Positions 52,542 through 60,663 of a stretch of DNA of 64,000 bases are shown piece after piece. The notes beneath the pieces are model-generated. The model searched no databases, was not told the DNA's origin, and saw only the letters and a list, made by a program, of their open reading frames with translations. Source of the stretch: Patescibacteria group bacterium. Its GTDB lineage: Bacteria > Patescibacteriota > Patescibacteriia > 2-12-FULL-60-25. Both the position numbers and the translations under genes were made by a program. The DNA is taken from assembly GCA_029004215.1 (NCBI GenBank), contig JAQULH010000001.1:11947-75946 (forward strand), written 5' to 3'. Each line of letters begins with the position of its first letter. Within the stretch, counting starts at the first letter, position 1.

Positions 52542-54066
52542 AGCCTACGAAATAGTTTGGCGCCTGGCCATTCTTACGTTGCCTTGGCAGACGCGTTGGT
52601 TTGTTGATGCCCAACTTGTTGGCTGGCCTTGGGAGCAGGGGAGGATCTCGATTTATATTGCTTGGCTGCCTTTGGTAGCAACTATCATCCTCGGGATTTT
52701 TCAGCCCAAACGTGCTCTGCCTTTTTCTTTTCGTCGTAATTTGTTTTGGCTAATTGCGGCTTTGGGAGCCTGCACTATAATCGCCGCACCATCGCCTGCC
52801 ACGGCAGCCATCCAATGGTGGATACAAGTGATATTACTTGCAGCATTTTTTGTTACGTTATTTAGAACCAAAGTCGAACCGGTCAAGGTTGCTCTTTGGT
52901 TTGTCTTATCACTCGTGCCGCATGCTCTGCTTGCCATCTGGCAGTTCGCAACGCAAACAGTCATTGGCAGTTCGTGGCTTGGAATGTCGCCGCAAAACCC
53001 GGCTGACTTGGGCGTCTCAGTTGTCCAGACTTCTGTTGGACGCTTCTTACGCGCTTATGGCGGATTTCCTCATCCCAACATCCTTGGTGGTTGGATGGCA
53101 ACAGGATTGCTCACTGCACTTTGGTTCAACATTCCCCCTCTTAAATTAAGAGGGGGCAAGGGGGTGATATGGTTAATCGAGGGTCTCTTCACTCTCGCGC
53201 TTTTTTACTCTTTTTCCCGCAGCGCCTGGCTCGCCGCTGCCGTCGGACTTGCCCTGTTCGTCATTCCGAGCGTAGGCGCCGCGCCCGCCATCGCTACGCT
53301 CAGGCGTTGCGGGCGGGAGGAATCTGCGAAGCTTATGAACTTGGGTGAATCTGCGAAGCTAACAAACGTCGTGAATCATCCCAACGGAGCCAAACGACGG
53401 TGGCTTTCTTTCGCTATCCCCATCATCCTCTTTGCAACGTTAACTATCGTCCATCGCGACCTCGTATTCACGCGCCTGCAGACGACGTCCCGCCTCGAGC
53501 AGAAATCGATCGTGACCAGGCTGCAGACGCTTAAGGACGGCATAGACGTCTTCCAATCCCGTCTGCTTTTCGGCACTGGCCCGAACTCTGAATTGCCAGT
53601 TTTGGCCTCCTTAAAAAAACAATGGATAGAAGAAGACTCAATCCGGATAGCTGCAATCGGTCAATTCCCCGGTCACCCTAACTCTTGGAACGCTGACGAG
53701 TACGTGCGCAGCCGCATGGCGGCCATCGGACCGCTCGAACCGCCACACATAGTTTGGTTGCTGATTCTCGTCAACTTCGGAATCGCAGGTTCTTTATTTA
53801 TTTTTGGCTTTGGACTTTATTTGCTACGGAGTATTTTGAATAAATGGAGCTCGCTTGATCCCAACGCAAAGATATTCATTCCAACTCTTGCTATTTGCTA
53901 TTTGATCCTTGCCACGTTGGACCATTATCCATGGTCACTTTGGTCCGGTCAGGTGTTGTCGGTAGTTGTTGTTTTTGTCATCCTGAGCGCAGTCGAAGGA
54001 TCTGGACCGAAACTGGATGAGAAACATAGCCCTCGATTATTGACAGATGGGTCGGAAAGTGCTTAA
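52525..54066 (+). CDS. O-antigen ligase/Wzy_C family membrane protein
   Basis: Polytopic membrane ORF with an FSRSAWLAA motif. ATG 52525 is preferred. Two repeat-derived segments lie inside it (53260-53360 and 53977-54003). Confidence 0.7.
   Translation: MGLSRKAYEIVWRLAILTLPWQTRWFVDAQLVGWPWEQGRISIYIAWLPLVATIILGIFQPKRALPFSFRRNLFWLIAALGACTIIAAPSPATAAIQWWIQVILLAAFFVTLFRTKVEPVKVALWFVLSLVPHALLAIWQFATQTVIGSSWLGMSPQNPADLGVSVVQTSVGRFLRAYGGFPHPNILGGWMATGLLTALWFNIPPLKLRGGKGVIWLIEGLFTLALFYSFSRSAWLAAAVGLALFVIPSVGAAPAIATLRRCGREESAKLMNLGESAKLTNVVNHPNGAKRRWLSFAIPIILFATLTIVHRDLVFTRLQTTSRLEQKSIVTRLQTLKDGIDVFQSRLLFGTGPNSELPVLASLKKQWIEEDSIRIAAIGQFPGHPNSWNADEYVRSRMAAIGPLEPPHIVWLLILVNFGIAGSLFIFGFGLYLLRSILNKWSSLDPNAKIFIPTLAICYLILATLDHYPWSLWSGQVLSVVVVFVILSAVEGSGPKLDEKHSPRLLTDGSESA
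53260..53360. repeat. GTCATTCCGAG-type repeat unit plus a 14-nt direct repeat, in frame inside the ligase gene
   Basis: GTCATTCCGAGCGTAG...CTACGCTC...GGAGGAATC, with an internal pairing CGCCCGCC/GGCGGG. GAATCTGCGAAGCT occurs at 53320-53333 and 53347-53360, which is a 27-nt period. Confidence 0.6.
53977..54003. repeat. GTCATCCTGAGCG-type repeat unit forming the C-terminal coding end of the ligase ORF
   Basis: GTCATCCTGAGCGCAGTCGAAGGATCT (translated VILSAVEGS). It shares the head motif with 52011 and 53260. Confidence 0.55.
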
Positions 54067-54107
54067 ATTCGGCCATTGCAGTAAACGTTTCATTAGGAGG
54101 TCGAGTC

Positions 54108-54464
54108 ATGGGAAACCCGGCGAGATTCTTTCTGATCATCCCGAGCAAGAGCTATCCGACGCAATCGGAGATGGAAGCCCTCAGGCCCGGCGATTCATTG
54201 CGTTTCACAGTCGTGGAAGGCGACCTGAAGCATGCTGCATCCTCGGAGAAGCTGGATGTCGAACTGACTCCCGTTCTCCACCCGGGTGGTTATCGCGTCG
54301 ATGAAGATCCAGTGGGTGTCTGGCATATAGAGGGTACCTTCAAGATCAACGGCGAGGTCTTCACTGGTCAGTGCCTGTATGAGGTCGATCCCGAAGCGTG
54401 TAAGCAGTTCATGAAGATACCTTGTTATGGTCACAGCCGCGGTTTGGTTCAGATCAACCCGTAG
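54108..54464 (+). CDS. hypothetical protein (118 aa)
   Basis: AGGAGG at 54095-54100, then ATG 54108. No motif recognised. Confidence 0.6.
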   Translation: MGNPARFFLIIPSKSYPTQSEMEALRPGDSLRFTVVEGDLKHAASSEKLDVELTPVLHPGGYRVDEDPVGVWHIEGTFKINGEVFTGQCLYEVDPEACKQFMKIPCYGHSRGLVQINP

Positions 54465-54479
54465 CAGGCAGACTCCTCG

Positions 54480-54533
54480 CAGAGCTCAAGTTGGCACCCC
54501 TCGCCGGCTTGAGCTCTTGTTGTATATATTGAG
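54480..54533 (+). terminator. 54-bp terminator-like repeat, copy 1
   Basis: 10-bp stem AGAGCTCAAG / CTTGAGCTCT, then TGTTGTATATATT. Identical 54/54 to 55129-55182. Confidence 0.7.
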
Positions 54534-54557
54534 CTAAAATTTAAGACCTATCGGCGG

Positions 54558-54586
54558 TTGACAAAACCGCTGATTTGTAGTATATT
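54558..54586 (+). promoter_or_regulatory. consensus sigma70 promoter
   Basis: TTGACA (54558-54563), 17 nt, TATATT (54581-54586). Confidence 0.6.
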
Positions 54587-54650
54587 GCTCAATTCTCTAA
54601 AGCATGGCGTGGTGTCGTGCCGAAGGGGGTACACCTCAAGGAGGTCTAAA

Positions 54651-55112
54651 ATGGACATTCGTAGTCATCAAGTGAAGAAGATTCTGAGGGTCGGCGTTGT
54701 GGTGGATGGACGAGTCGTAGCTGAGAAGCTGTACACTCCCGGCTCCGAGGTCACCATTGGGAGCACGCCGGACTGCGACTTCACGCTGCAGGATATTCTG
54801 TTCGTGAAACACGTACTCTTCACCTACGGGCCTGACGAGAGCACCTTGGCCATGCTACCCGGCATGACGTACAAGCTGTTCATCACGGATCAGGGTCTCA
54901 AGGAAGGCAAAGTATCCAGGTCCGAGGTCACGAAGGAGTTCAAGGTTGTGCCGTACTTCCGTGGCAGAGTCACAGTGGGCAGTGCCTCGTTTCTCCTCCA
55001 GTTCGTGGACAGGCCCGAGCGGCCCGAGCCGCCCAAGAAACGCACCTTGCGAGGTTTCATCCGAAGGATCCTGTTCGGGCCTGACGCTGACTACCTCCCC
55101 ACGTGCCTGTAG
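54651..55112 (+). CDS. hypothetical protein with a degenerate FHA-like segment (153 aa)
   Basis: AGGAGG at 54639-54644, then ATG 54651. VTIGSTPDCDFTL...VKHVLF resembles the FHA core but lacks the canonical Arg and Ser. Confidence 0.6.
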   Translation: MDIRSHQVKKILRVGVVVDGRVVAEKLYTPGSEVTIGSTPDCDFTLQDILFVKHVLFTYGPDESTLAMLPGMTYKLFITDQGLKEGKVSRSEVTKEFKVVPYFRGRVTVGSASFLLQFVDRPERPEPPKKRTLRGFIRRILFGPDADYLPTCL

Positions 55113-55128
55113 GCCCCAGGCCGCCCCT

Positions 55129-55182
55129 CAGAGCTCAAGTTGGCACCCCTCGCCGGCTTGAGCTCTTGTTGTATATATTGAG
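55129..55182 (+). terminator. 54-bp terminator-like repeat, copy 2
   Basis: Identical to 54480-54533. Starts 17 nt after the stop at 55112. Confidence 0.7.
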
Positions 55183-55186
55183 TGTC

Positions 55187-55215
55187 TTGACGCTTAGCCT
55201 AGCCAACTATAAGAT
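55187..55215 (+). promoter_or_regulatory. groESL promoter
   Basis: TTGACG (55187-55192), 17 nt, TAAGAT (55210-55215). CIRCE lies immediately downstream. Confidence 0.55.
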
Positions 55216-55226
55216 GTTTCTACCCT

Positions 55227-55253
55227 TTAGCAGACTCAACTCAAGACTGCTAA
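55227..55253. promoter_or_regulatory. CIRCE (HrcA operator) in the groES leader
   Basis: TTAGCAGAC-N9-GACTGCTAA. Arms match the consensus 7/9 and 8/9. Confidence 0.65.
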
Positions 55254-55294
55254 TAGAGGTCTAAAATTTAGCTAAATAACCCAATTATATTTTT

Positions 55295-55585
55295 ATGAAT
55301 TTACGACCCTTGAACGATCGACTGATCGTCAAAGCACTTCCCAAAGAGGAAGTGACAAAGTCAGGAATTATCTTGCCTGACACTGCTGATAAGGAGCGTC
55401 CGGAGCAAGGCGAAGTAATCGCTGTTGGCCCGGGCAAATTATTGGAAGATGGCAAGCGTTCTGCAATGGACGTCAAAGTCGGCGATAAGATCCTTTTCAA
55501 GAAATATGCGCCTGATGAAGTTAAGGTTGAAGGCCAAGAATACTTAGTCATCTCAGAGTACGATGTGCTCGCAGTACTCGAATAA
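55295..55585 (+). CDS. groES: co-chaperonin GroES
   Basis: [13 protein letters not shown]...GIILPDTA... canonical sequence. Confidence 0.97.
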   Translation: MNLRPLNDRLIVKALPKEEVTKSGIILPDTADKERPEQGEVIAVGPGKLLEDGKRSAMDVKVGDKILFKKYAPDEVKVEGQEYLVISEYDVLAVLE

Positions 55586-55594
55586 TTTGAATCT

Positions 55595-57223
55595 ATGTCA
55601 AAACAACTTCTTTATAATGATGCTGCCCGCCAAGCTTTGAAGCGCGGCGTGGACCAGCTGGCCAATGCAGTTAAAGTCACTTTGGGTCCGCGCGGCCGCA
55701 ATGTCGTTTTAGACAGGGGTTATGGCACGCCTTCCATGACCAAAGACGGCGTGACGGTTGCCAAGGAAATTGAGCTCGAGGACAAGTTTGAGAATATCGG
55801 CGCTGAACTCGTCAAAGAAGCCGCTTCCAGGACAAGCGACGTGGCTGGTGATGGGACAACGACTGCCACTGTGTTGGCTCAAGCCATGATTGCCGAGGGC
55901 ATCAAGCACATTACGGCCGGTGCCAACCCGCTCGAAGTCAAACGCGGCATTGATAAAGGCACAGAAGCCATCGTCAAAGAAATCCGCGAGAAGATTGCCA
56001 AACCGGTCAAAGACCAGGAAATAGAAAACGTTGCGACCATCTCAGCCAATGACCCGGAGATCGGTAAGATTATTGCTGAAGTCATGCAACAAATGGGTAA
56101 GGACGGCGTGATTACAGTTGAAGAGTCACAGACTTTTGGCATTGATAAGGAAGTGGTGTTGGGCATGCGCATTGATAAGGGTTATGCCTCGCCCTATCTG
56201 ATTACCAATTCTGATCGCATGCTATCTGAATATACTGACCCTTACATTTTGATCACTGATAAGAAAATCAGTGCCATCCACGACTTGCTGCCAATCCTCG
56301 AAAAGATTGTGCAGACCGGCAAGAAAGATATTGTCATCATTTGCGATGATATCGAAGGAGAGGCCCTGACAACTTTAATCGTTAACAAATTGCGCGGTAC
56401 TTTCTCTGCTTTGGCAGTTAAAGCCCCTGGCTTTGGCGACCGCCGCAAGGAGATGCTGGCTGACATTGCGACTGTGACTGGCGCGACAGTCATTACTGAT
56501 GAACTTGGGCGCAAGTTGGATTCTATCACCATGGAAGACCTGGGTTCAGCCCATAAAGTCATTGCGACCAAGGACCATACGACTTTTGTCGAAGGCAAGG
56601 GAGACCAAAAGAACGTTGATAGCCGCGTGGCCCAGATCCGCAAGCAACTCGAGAACACTGATTCTGATTTTGACCGTGAAAAATTGCAAGAACGTTTGGC
56701 CAAACTGGCCGGCGGCGTAGGCGTGATTAAGGTTGGTGCTGCGACTGAAGTCGAAATGAAAGAAAAGAAAGATCGCATTGACGATGCCGTAGCTGCCACT
56801 AAGGCCGCTGTTGAAGAAGGGATCGTGCCGGGCGGCGGCGTGGCTCTGATACAAGCCATGGCGGTTTTGGACAGCCTTCAGCTTGAAGGTGATGAGAAGG
56901 CCGGTTTATTGATTTTGAAGAAAGCCATCGAAGCTCCGGTTTATGCCATTGCCGAAAATGCCGGCCGCAAAGGCGATGTTATCGTCGAATCAGTCAAAGC
57001 CAGTGGCGGTAAGTTGGGCTATGATGCTGCCAAGGATGAGATGAATGTTGATGTCGTGGCTCGCGGCATAATCGATCCGGCTAAGGTGACGCGTTCTGCC
57101 TTGCAAAACGCCTCTTCGGTCGCCGGAATGTTCCTGACAACCGAGTGCGTGGTGACTGATTTGCCAAAAAAGGAAGCCCCAGCCGTCCCTAATATGGGAG
57201 GCATGGGCGGGATGGACTACTAA
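55595..57223 (+). CDS. groEL: chaperonin GroEL
   Basis: Canonical GroEL, including [12 protein letters not shown] and the C-terminal GGMGGM tail. Confidence 0.98.
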   Translation: MSKQLLYNDAARQALKRGVDQLANAVKVTLGPRGRNVVLDRGYGTPSMTKDGVTVAKEIELEDKFENIGAELVKEAASRTSDVAGDGTTTATVLAQAMIAEGIKHITAGANPLEVKRGIDKGTEAIVKEIREKIAKPVKDQEIENVATISANDPEIGKIIAEVMQQMGKDGVITVEESQTFGIDKEVVLGMRIDKGYASPYLITNSDRMLSEYTDPYILITDKKISAIHDLLPILEKIVQTGKKDIVIICDDIEGEALTTLIVNKLRGTFSALAVKAPGFGDRRKEMLADIATVTGATVITDELGRKLDSITMEDLGSAHKVIATKDHTTFVEGKGDQKNVDSRVAQIRKQLENTDSDFDREKLQERLAKLAGGVGVIKVGAATEVEMKEKKDRIDDAVAATKAAVEEGIVPGGGVALIQAMAVLDSLQLEGDEKAGLLILKKAIEAPVYAIAENAGRKGDVIVESVKASGGKLGYDAAKDEMNVDVVARGIIDPAKVTRSALQNASSVAGMFLTTECVVTDLPKKEAPAVPNMGGMGGMDY

Positions 57224-57346
57224 CGGTACGAATTAACAATTAACAATGAATAATTAACAAATTGAGGAAGATCTTCCCTTTTTTGCTTATTTGGGGTATC
57301 ATTGAATTATTAATTGTTAATTATAAATTATTAATTAAATTGAAGT

Positions 57347-57697
57347 ATGCCAGAAGAAGCAAGCGCACCCGTCAAAATGCATTTTGACGAGAAAGATGTC
57401 AAGGAAAATTCAATTATTGCCGCCTTGAGCTATATCGGTATTCTCTGTTTAATTCCTCTCTTGGCCAAGAAGGATTCCAAGTTTGCCCAAGAGCATGGCA
57501 AGCAGGGTTTGGTGCTTTTGATCGCCTGGGTCGTAGTTGTGGTTGTTGGCTGGATCCCGATTCTGGGCTGGATCGTTGGTTTCTTTGGGAGCATCCTATT
57601 ATTGGTCCTCTCTCTGGTAGGCTTTATCAAATGCCTCATGGGCGAGTTCTGGGAGGTTCCAGTCTTGGGCCAATATCGCAATAAGTTCAATTTGTAA
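57347..57697 (+). CDS. DUF4870-like small membrane protein
   Basis: ENSIIAALSYIGILCLIPLL...KFAQEHGKQGLVL pattern with 2-3 TM segments. Confidence 0.55.
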   Translation: MPEEASAPVKMHFDEKDVKENSIIAALSYIGILCLIPLLAKKDSKFAQEHGKQGLVLLIAWVVVVVVGWIPILGWIVGFFGSILLLVLSLVGFIKCLMGEFWEVPVLGQYRNKFNL

Positions 57698-57711
57698 TTT
57701 TAGTTGGTTAT

Positions 57712-57740
57712 GTAGAGACGCCCAGCTGGGGCGTCTCTTT
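57712..57740 (+). terminator. GTAGAGACG-family hairpin terminator (variant loop)
   Basis: GTAGAGACGCCC-AGCTG-GGGCGTCTCT followed by TTGTATATT. Confidence 0.6.
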
Positions 57741-57759
57741 GTATATTAGCACCCGGGGT

Positions 57760-57788
57760 TTGACAACATAGCTGTTTTCTGATATGTT
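57760..57788 (+). promoter_or_regulatory. sigma70 promoter of the 57953 cassette
   Basis: TTGACA (57760-57765), 17 nt, TATGTT (57783-57788). Confidence 0.55.
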
Positions 57789-57952
57789 CATCTTTCGGAA
57801 ATTTTGGATTTAAGCTTATAATTAAGTTAAGTTTGAACATTACAAACACCCGGAAGAAACGATTATTCGTCTCATTTTGAGCCGGCTAACCGTTTCTCCC
57901 GGGTTATGATCACAAGCTTCTCGAGCAGTTCCTCCATGAAAGGAGATGCATC

Positions 57953-58933
57953 ATGCATCGAAAGATTTTCGCGCTGTTGGCAGTACTCGTCGCTGTGGTG
58001 ATGGTCGCGGGCGTTTCGTCCGGACAGAATAAGCCTGGCTTCTCTGCGCCTTCGTCCAAGTCGGCTACGAGCGCTCCGGCTCCGGTTGCAAGTGCACCCG
58101 CAAGCAACCTCACGCCCATGCCGGGCTCGACTGCCTGGACTGACGGTCTTTACCACGCCGCGTGGGGGAACATCGTCAGTAAGGGTGCGGTTGCCATCAG
58201 CAACGTCGAGGTCGTAGACGGAAAATTGCTTTTCGTAGCACGGATTTCGACGGACGACAGGTTCCATGTTGTGCTCGGTGACAAAATGCACAACAAAGGA
58301 TACTTCGGCATCTCGGAACTCAAAGCCTCGGGATCGGGCGTCATCTCTTTCAGCGGATTGGACGGGCAAGAACTGTCTGAATATGAAGACGTCGAGAACT
58401 TCGAGGTGAAGGGCAGACATTCCGTGGGCCGTCGCGACTCTGGAATGATCACGGGCGTTGGCCACGGCATCAGCAGACCCGTACCAACGATGCCTCCTCT
58501 ACCTTCGCGTATGTCCCATGGCATTCAGGTACGCGACTACATCTTGGCCAACGGCGAGCCCCTTCTGGTTCACTGCGATGATGACAGCTGCCGCGTCTGG
58601 TGGGGCGAAGCGGAAACCCGCCCGTTCGCCAGGATCTCCGATCTCGCTTTTGAGAACGGCAAGGTGAGCTACACCGCGCGCAACGCCGACAAGTCCTTGC
58701 AGGTGTTCTGGGGCGGGGCAGAGAGTCCCAAGTACAAGGAGGTCGACCCGTACGAGCTCGTAGATGGCAAGCCCATGTACTGCGGTACCGGGTTGGACGG
58801 CAAGAGCTACATCGGTGAAGGCGTGACGCGTTCAGCGCCGTTCGAGGAAATCGTGGAATACGGCGTCGAAGCGGGCAAGTCCCTCTACATCGCGCGCCGC
58901 GCCGTCGTTCCCGTCCCCGCCAAGAAGTTGTGA
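57953..58933 (+). CDS. secreted or anchored repeat protein (WG-like beta-repeats), 326 aa
   Basis: AGGAG at 57941-57945, then ATG 57953. Signal or TM segment IFALLAVLVAVVMVAGVSSG. Recurring G-K-x-x-Y/F ... W-G-G modules. The family name is tentative. Confidence 0.6.
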   Translation: MHRKIFALLAVLVAVVMVAGVSSGQNKPGFSAPSSKSATSAPAPVASAPASNLTPMPGSTAWTDGLYHAAWGNIVSKGAVAISNVEVVDGKLLFVARISTDDRFHVVLGDKMHNKGYFGISELKASGSGVISFSGLDGQELSEYEDVENFEVKGRHSVGRRDSGMITGVGHGISRPVPTMPPLPSRMSHGIQVRDYILANGEPLLVHCDDDSCRVWWGEAETRPFARISDLAFENGKVSYTARNADKSLQVFWGGAESPKYKEVDPYELVDGKPMYCGTGLDGKSYIGEGVTRSAPFEEIVEYGVEAGKSLYIARRAVVPVPAKKL

Positions 58934-58944
58934 TCCCACCTCCT

Positions 58945-59001
58945 AAGAACCGGCCAGAGACCCTTCGCGTAAGCGAAGGCAACTCCTCTGGGCCGGTTCT
59001 T
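58945..59001 (+). terminator. nested hairpin terminator
   Basis: Outer arms AAGAACCGGCC / GGCCGGTTCTT and inner hairpin CCTTCGC-GTAA-GCGAAGG, then CATTTTC. Confidence 0.55.
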
Positions 59002-59062
59002 CATTTTCAAAAAATTATCAATTCGTCTCGACAATCCGTCTTTCTCGCGGTAGCATGTGGCC

Positions 59063-60193
59063 ATGCTGGATGATTTGAAACAGCGTTTAGTTGCCCTCCG
59101 CGCCAAGCTGGATGAAGCCTGGCAAGTTTTGGATTTGGCTGCACGCAAGGAGGAAATAGGCGCTTTGGAGTATGAAGTTTCTTTGCCGGATTTTTGGAAC
59201 CAACCGGACAAAGCCAAACGCGAAATGCAAAAGATGTCTGACTTAAAAAAGGAATATGACCAATGGTCAGGCTTGCGCGCCGAGGTGCTTGAGTTGGATG
59301 AACTGGTAGAGCTTTCAGCCAAGGAAAAAGACCAGACATTTGAGTCAGAGGCAACTAAGAAATTGGAAGAGTTAGAAAAAAAGTTTAGTCAGATCGAGTT
59401 TGCCATAATGTTTTCAGGCGAGCATGACGCTTCCAATGCAGTCGTATCTATCCATGCGGGTGCCGGCGGTACTGATGCGCAGGATTGGGCCGAGATGTTG
59501 CAGCGCATGTATTTTCGTTACGCTGAAAAGAAAGATTGGAAAGTCAGGCTGGTTGATGAAAGCAGGGGAACAGAAGCCGGGATAAAATCCTGCACGTTTT
59601 TTGTGGAAGGCAGGCAGGCTTACGGCCATCTTAAAGGTGAAGCTGGGGTGCATCGCCTGGTCCGCCTTTCGCCCTTTAACGCCGACTCGCTTCGCCAAAC
59701 ATCTTTTGCGCTGGTCGAAGTTCTGCCCGAACTGGAAGATGACGCTGAGATAGAAATAAAGCCCGATGATTTGCGGATCGATACTTTTATGAGCGGCGGC
59801 AAGGGCGGTCAATCGGTTAATACGACTTACTCCGCGGTCAGGATTGTCCACTTACCGACTAAGATTACGGTCACCTGCCAGAATGAAAGATCGCAGGCCC
59901 AGAACCGTGAGACAGCCATGAAGATTTTGAAATCAAAGTTAGCCTTGCTCAAAGAAGAGGCTGTGCAGAAGGAGAAGCAAGAGCTACGTGGCGAGTTCCA
60001 TAGCGCCGAGTGGGGGAGCCAAATCAGGTCTTACGTACTCCAACCTTATCGGATGGTCAAAGATCTGCGGACTGGATATGAAACTTCTGACACGGAGGGC
60101 GTTTTGGATGGCGATTTGGAAGCTTTTGTTGAAGCTGAGTTAAAACAAGGAGTCAAACCCGGGCAGGTCAGGGAAGATCTGAATAAGGAGTAG
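59063..60193 (+). CDS. prfB: peptide chain release factor 2 (no programmed frameshift)
   Basis: SPF and GGQ motifs in a single continuous ORF. TAGCAT (59051-59056) lies 6 nt before the ATG. Confidence 0.93.
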   Translation: MLDDLKQRLVALRAKLDEAWQVLDLAARKEEIGALEYEVSLPDFWNQPDKAKREMQKMSDLKKEYDQWSGLRAEVLELDELVELSAKEKDQTFESEATKKLEELEKKFSQIEFAIMFSGEHDASNAVVSIHAGAGGTDAQDWAEMLQRMYFRYAEKKDWKVRLVDESRGTEAGIKSCTFFVEGRQAYGHLKGEAGVHRLVRLSPFNADSLRQTSFALVEVLPELEDDAEIEIKPDDLRIDTFMSGGKGGQSVNTTYSAVRIVHLPTKITVTCQNERSQAQNRETAMKILKSKLALLKEEAVQKEKQELRGEFHSAEWGSQIRSYVLQPYRMVKDLRTGYETSDTEGVLDGDLEAFVEAELKQGVKPGQVREDLNKE

Positions 60194-60215
60194 GCTTGAA
60201 TTTGGGTTAAGGGGG

Positions 60216-60244
60216 TTGACAAAATCCCTTTTTTCGTATATAGA
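60216..60244 (+). promoter_or_regulatory. sigma70 promoter of the 60277 cassette
   Basis: GGGGGTTGACAAAAT with TTGACA at 60216-60221. The -10 is TATATA (60237-60242) or TATAGA (60239-60244). Confidence 0.5.
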
Positions 60245-60276
60245 TAAATCCAGCTCGTTGGAGAAAGGGAAAGCAA

Positions 60277-60648
60277 ATGACTATAACCAATAGGCCTCCG
60301 CCCAAAGGCCAGGGTCTCGGACCTGTGACGCGTACCAAACCCACCCATTACCCCTGTGTGGTCCTCTGGGTCTTTCAGCCGCCCGATGGCCCCAAAACCG
60401 TCGGGTTCAATGAGCTGAGAAACGAAGCCGCCTTTGTCTCGCTAATCGAAGCCATGGACTACGAAGTCCGCCAGACGGGCGGAGAACTGCTGACCTTCAA
60501 GGTCGTTCATCCCGCACCTATCAGCCAAACAGCTTTTGCTGTGCGTTTCTGCAAGGTTGACGGAGAACGGGGATCGGACGAACTGTTCTGCGGCACATGT
60601 GGTGGCAAGACCACACTTGTCGGCTTTAAGGACAACGCCAAGAAGTAG
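60277..60648 (+). CDS. hypothetical protein (123 aa)
   Basis: GGAGA/AGGGA purine tract at 60260-60270. C-terminal CGTCGG motif. No family recognised. Confidence 0.55.
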   Translation: MTITNRPPPKGQGLGPVTRTKPTHYPCVVLWVFQPPDGPKTVGFNELRNEAAFVSLIEAMDYEVRQTGGELLTFKVVHPAPISQTAFAVRFCKVDGERGSDELFCGTCGGKTTLVGFKDNAKK

Positions 60649-60663
60649 AAGGAGGAGAGGAAG

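Noticed and set aside
59063-59180. Programmed +1 frameshift site (CTT TGA C) expected in many prfB genes.
   Set aside because: RF2 is encoded here as one continuous ORF with no in-frame UGA near codon 26, so there is no recoding.
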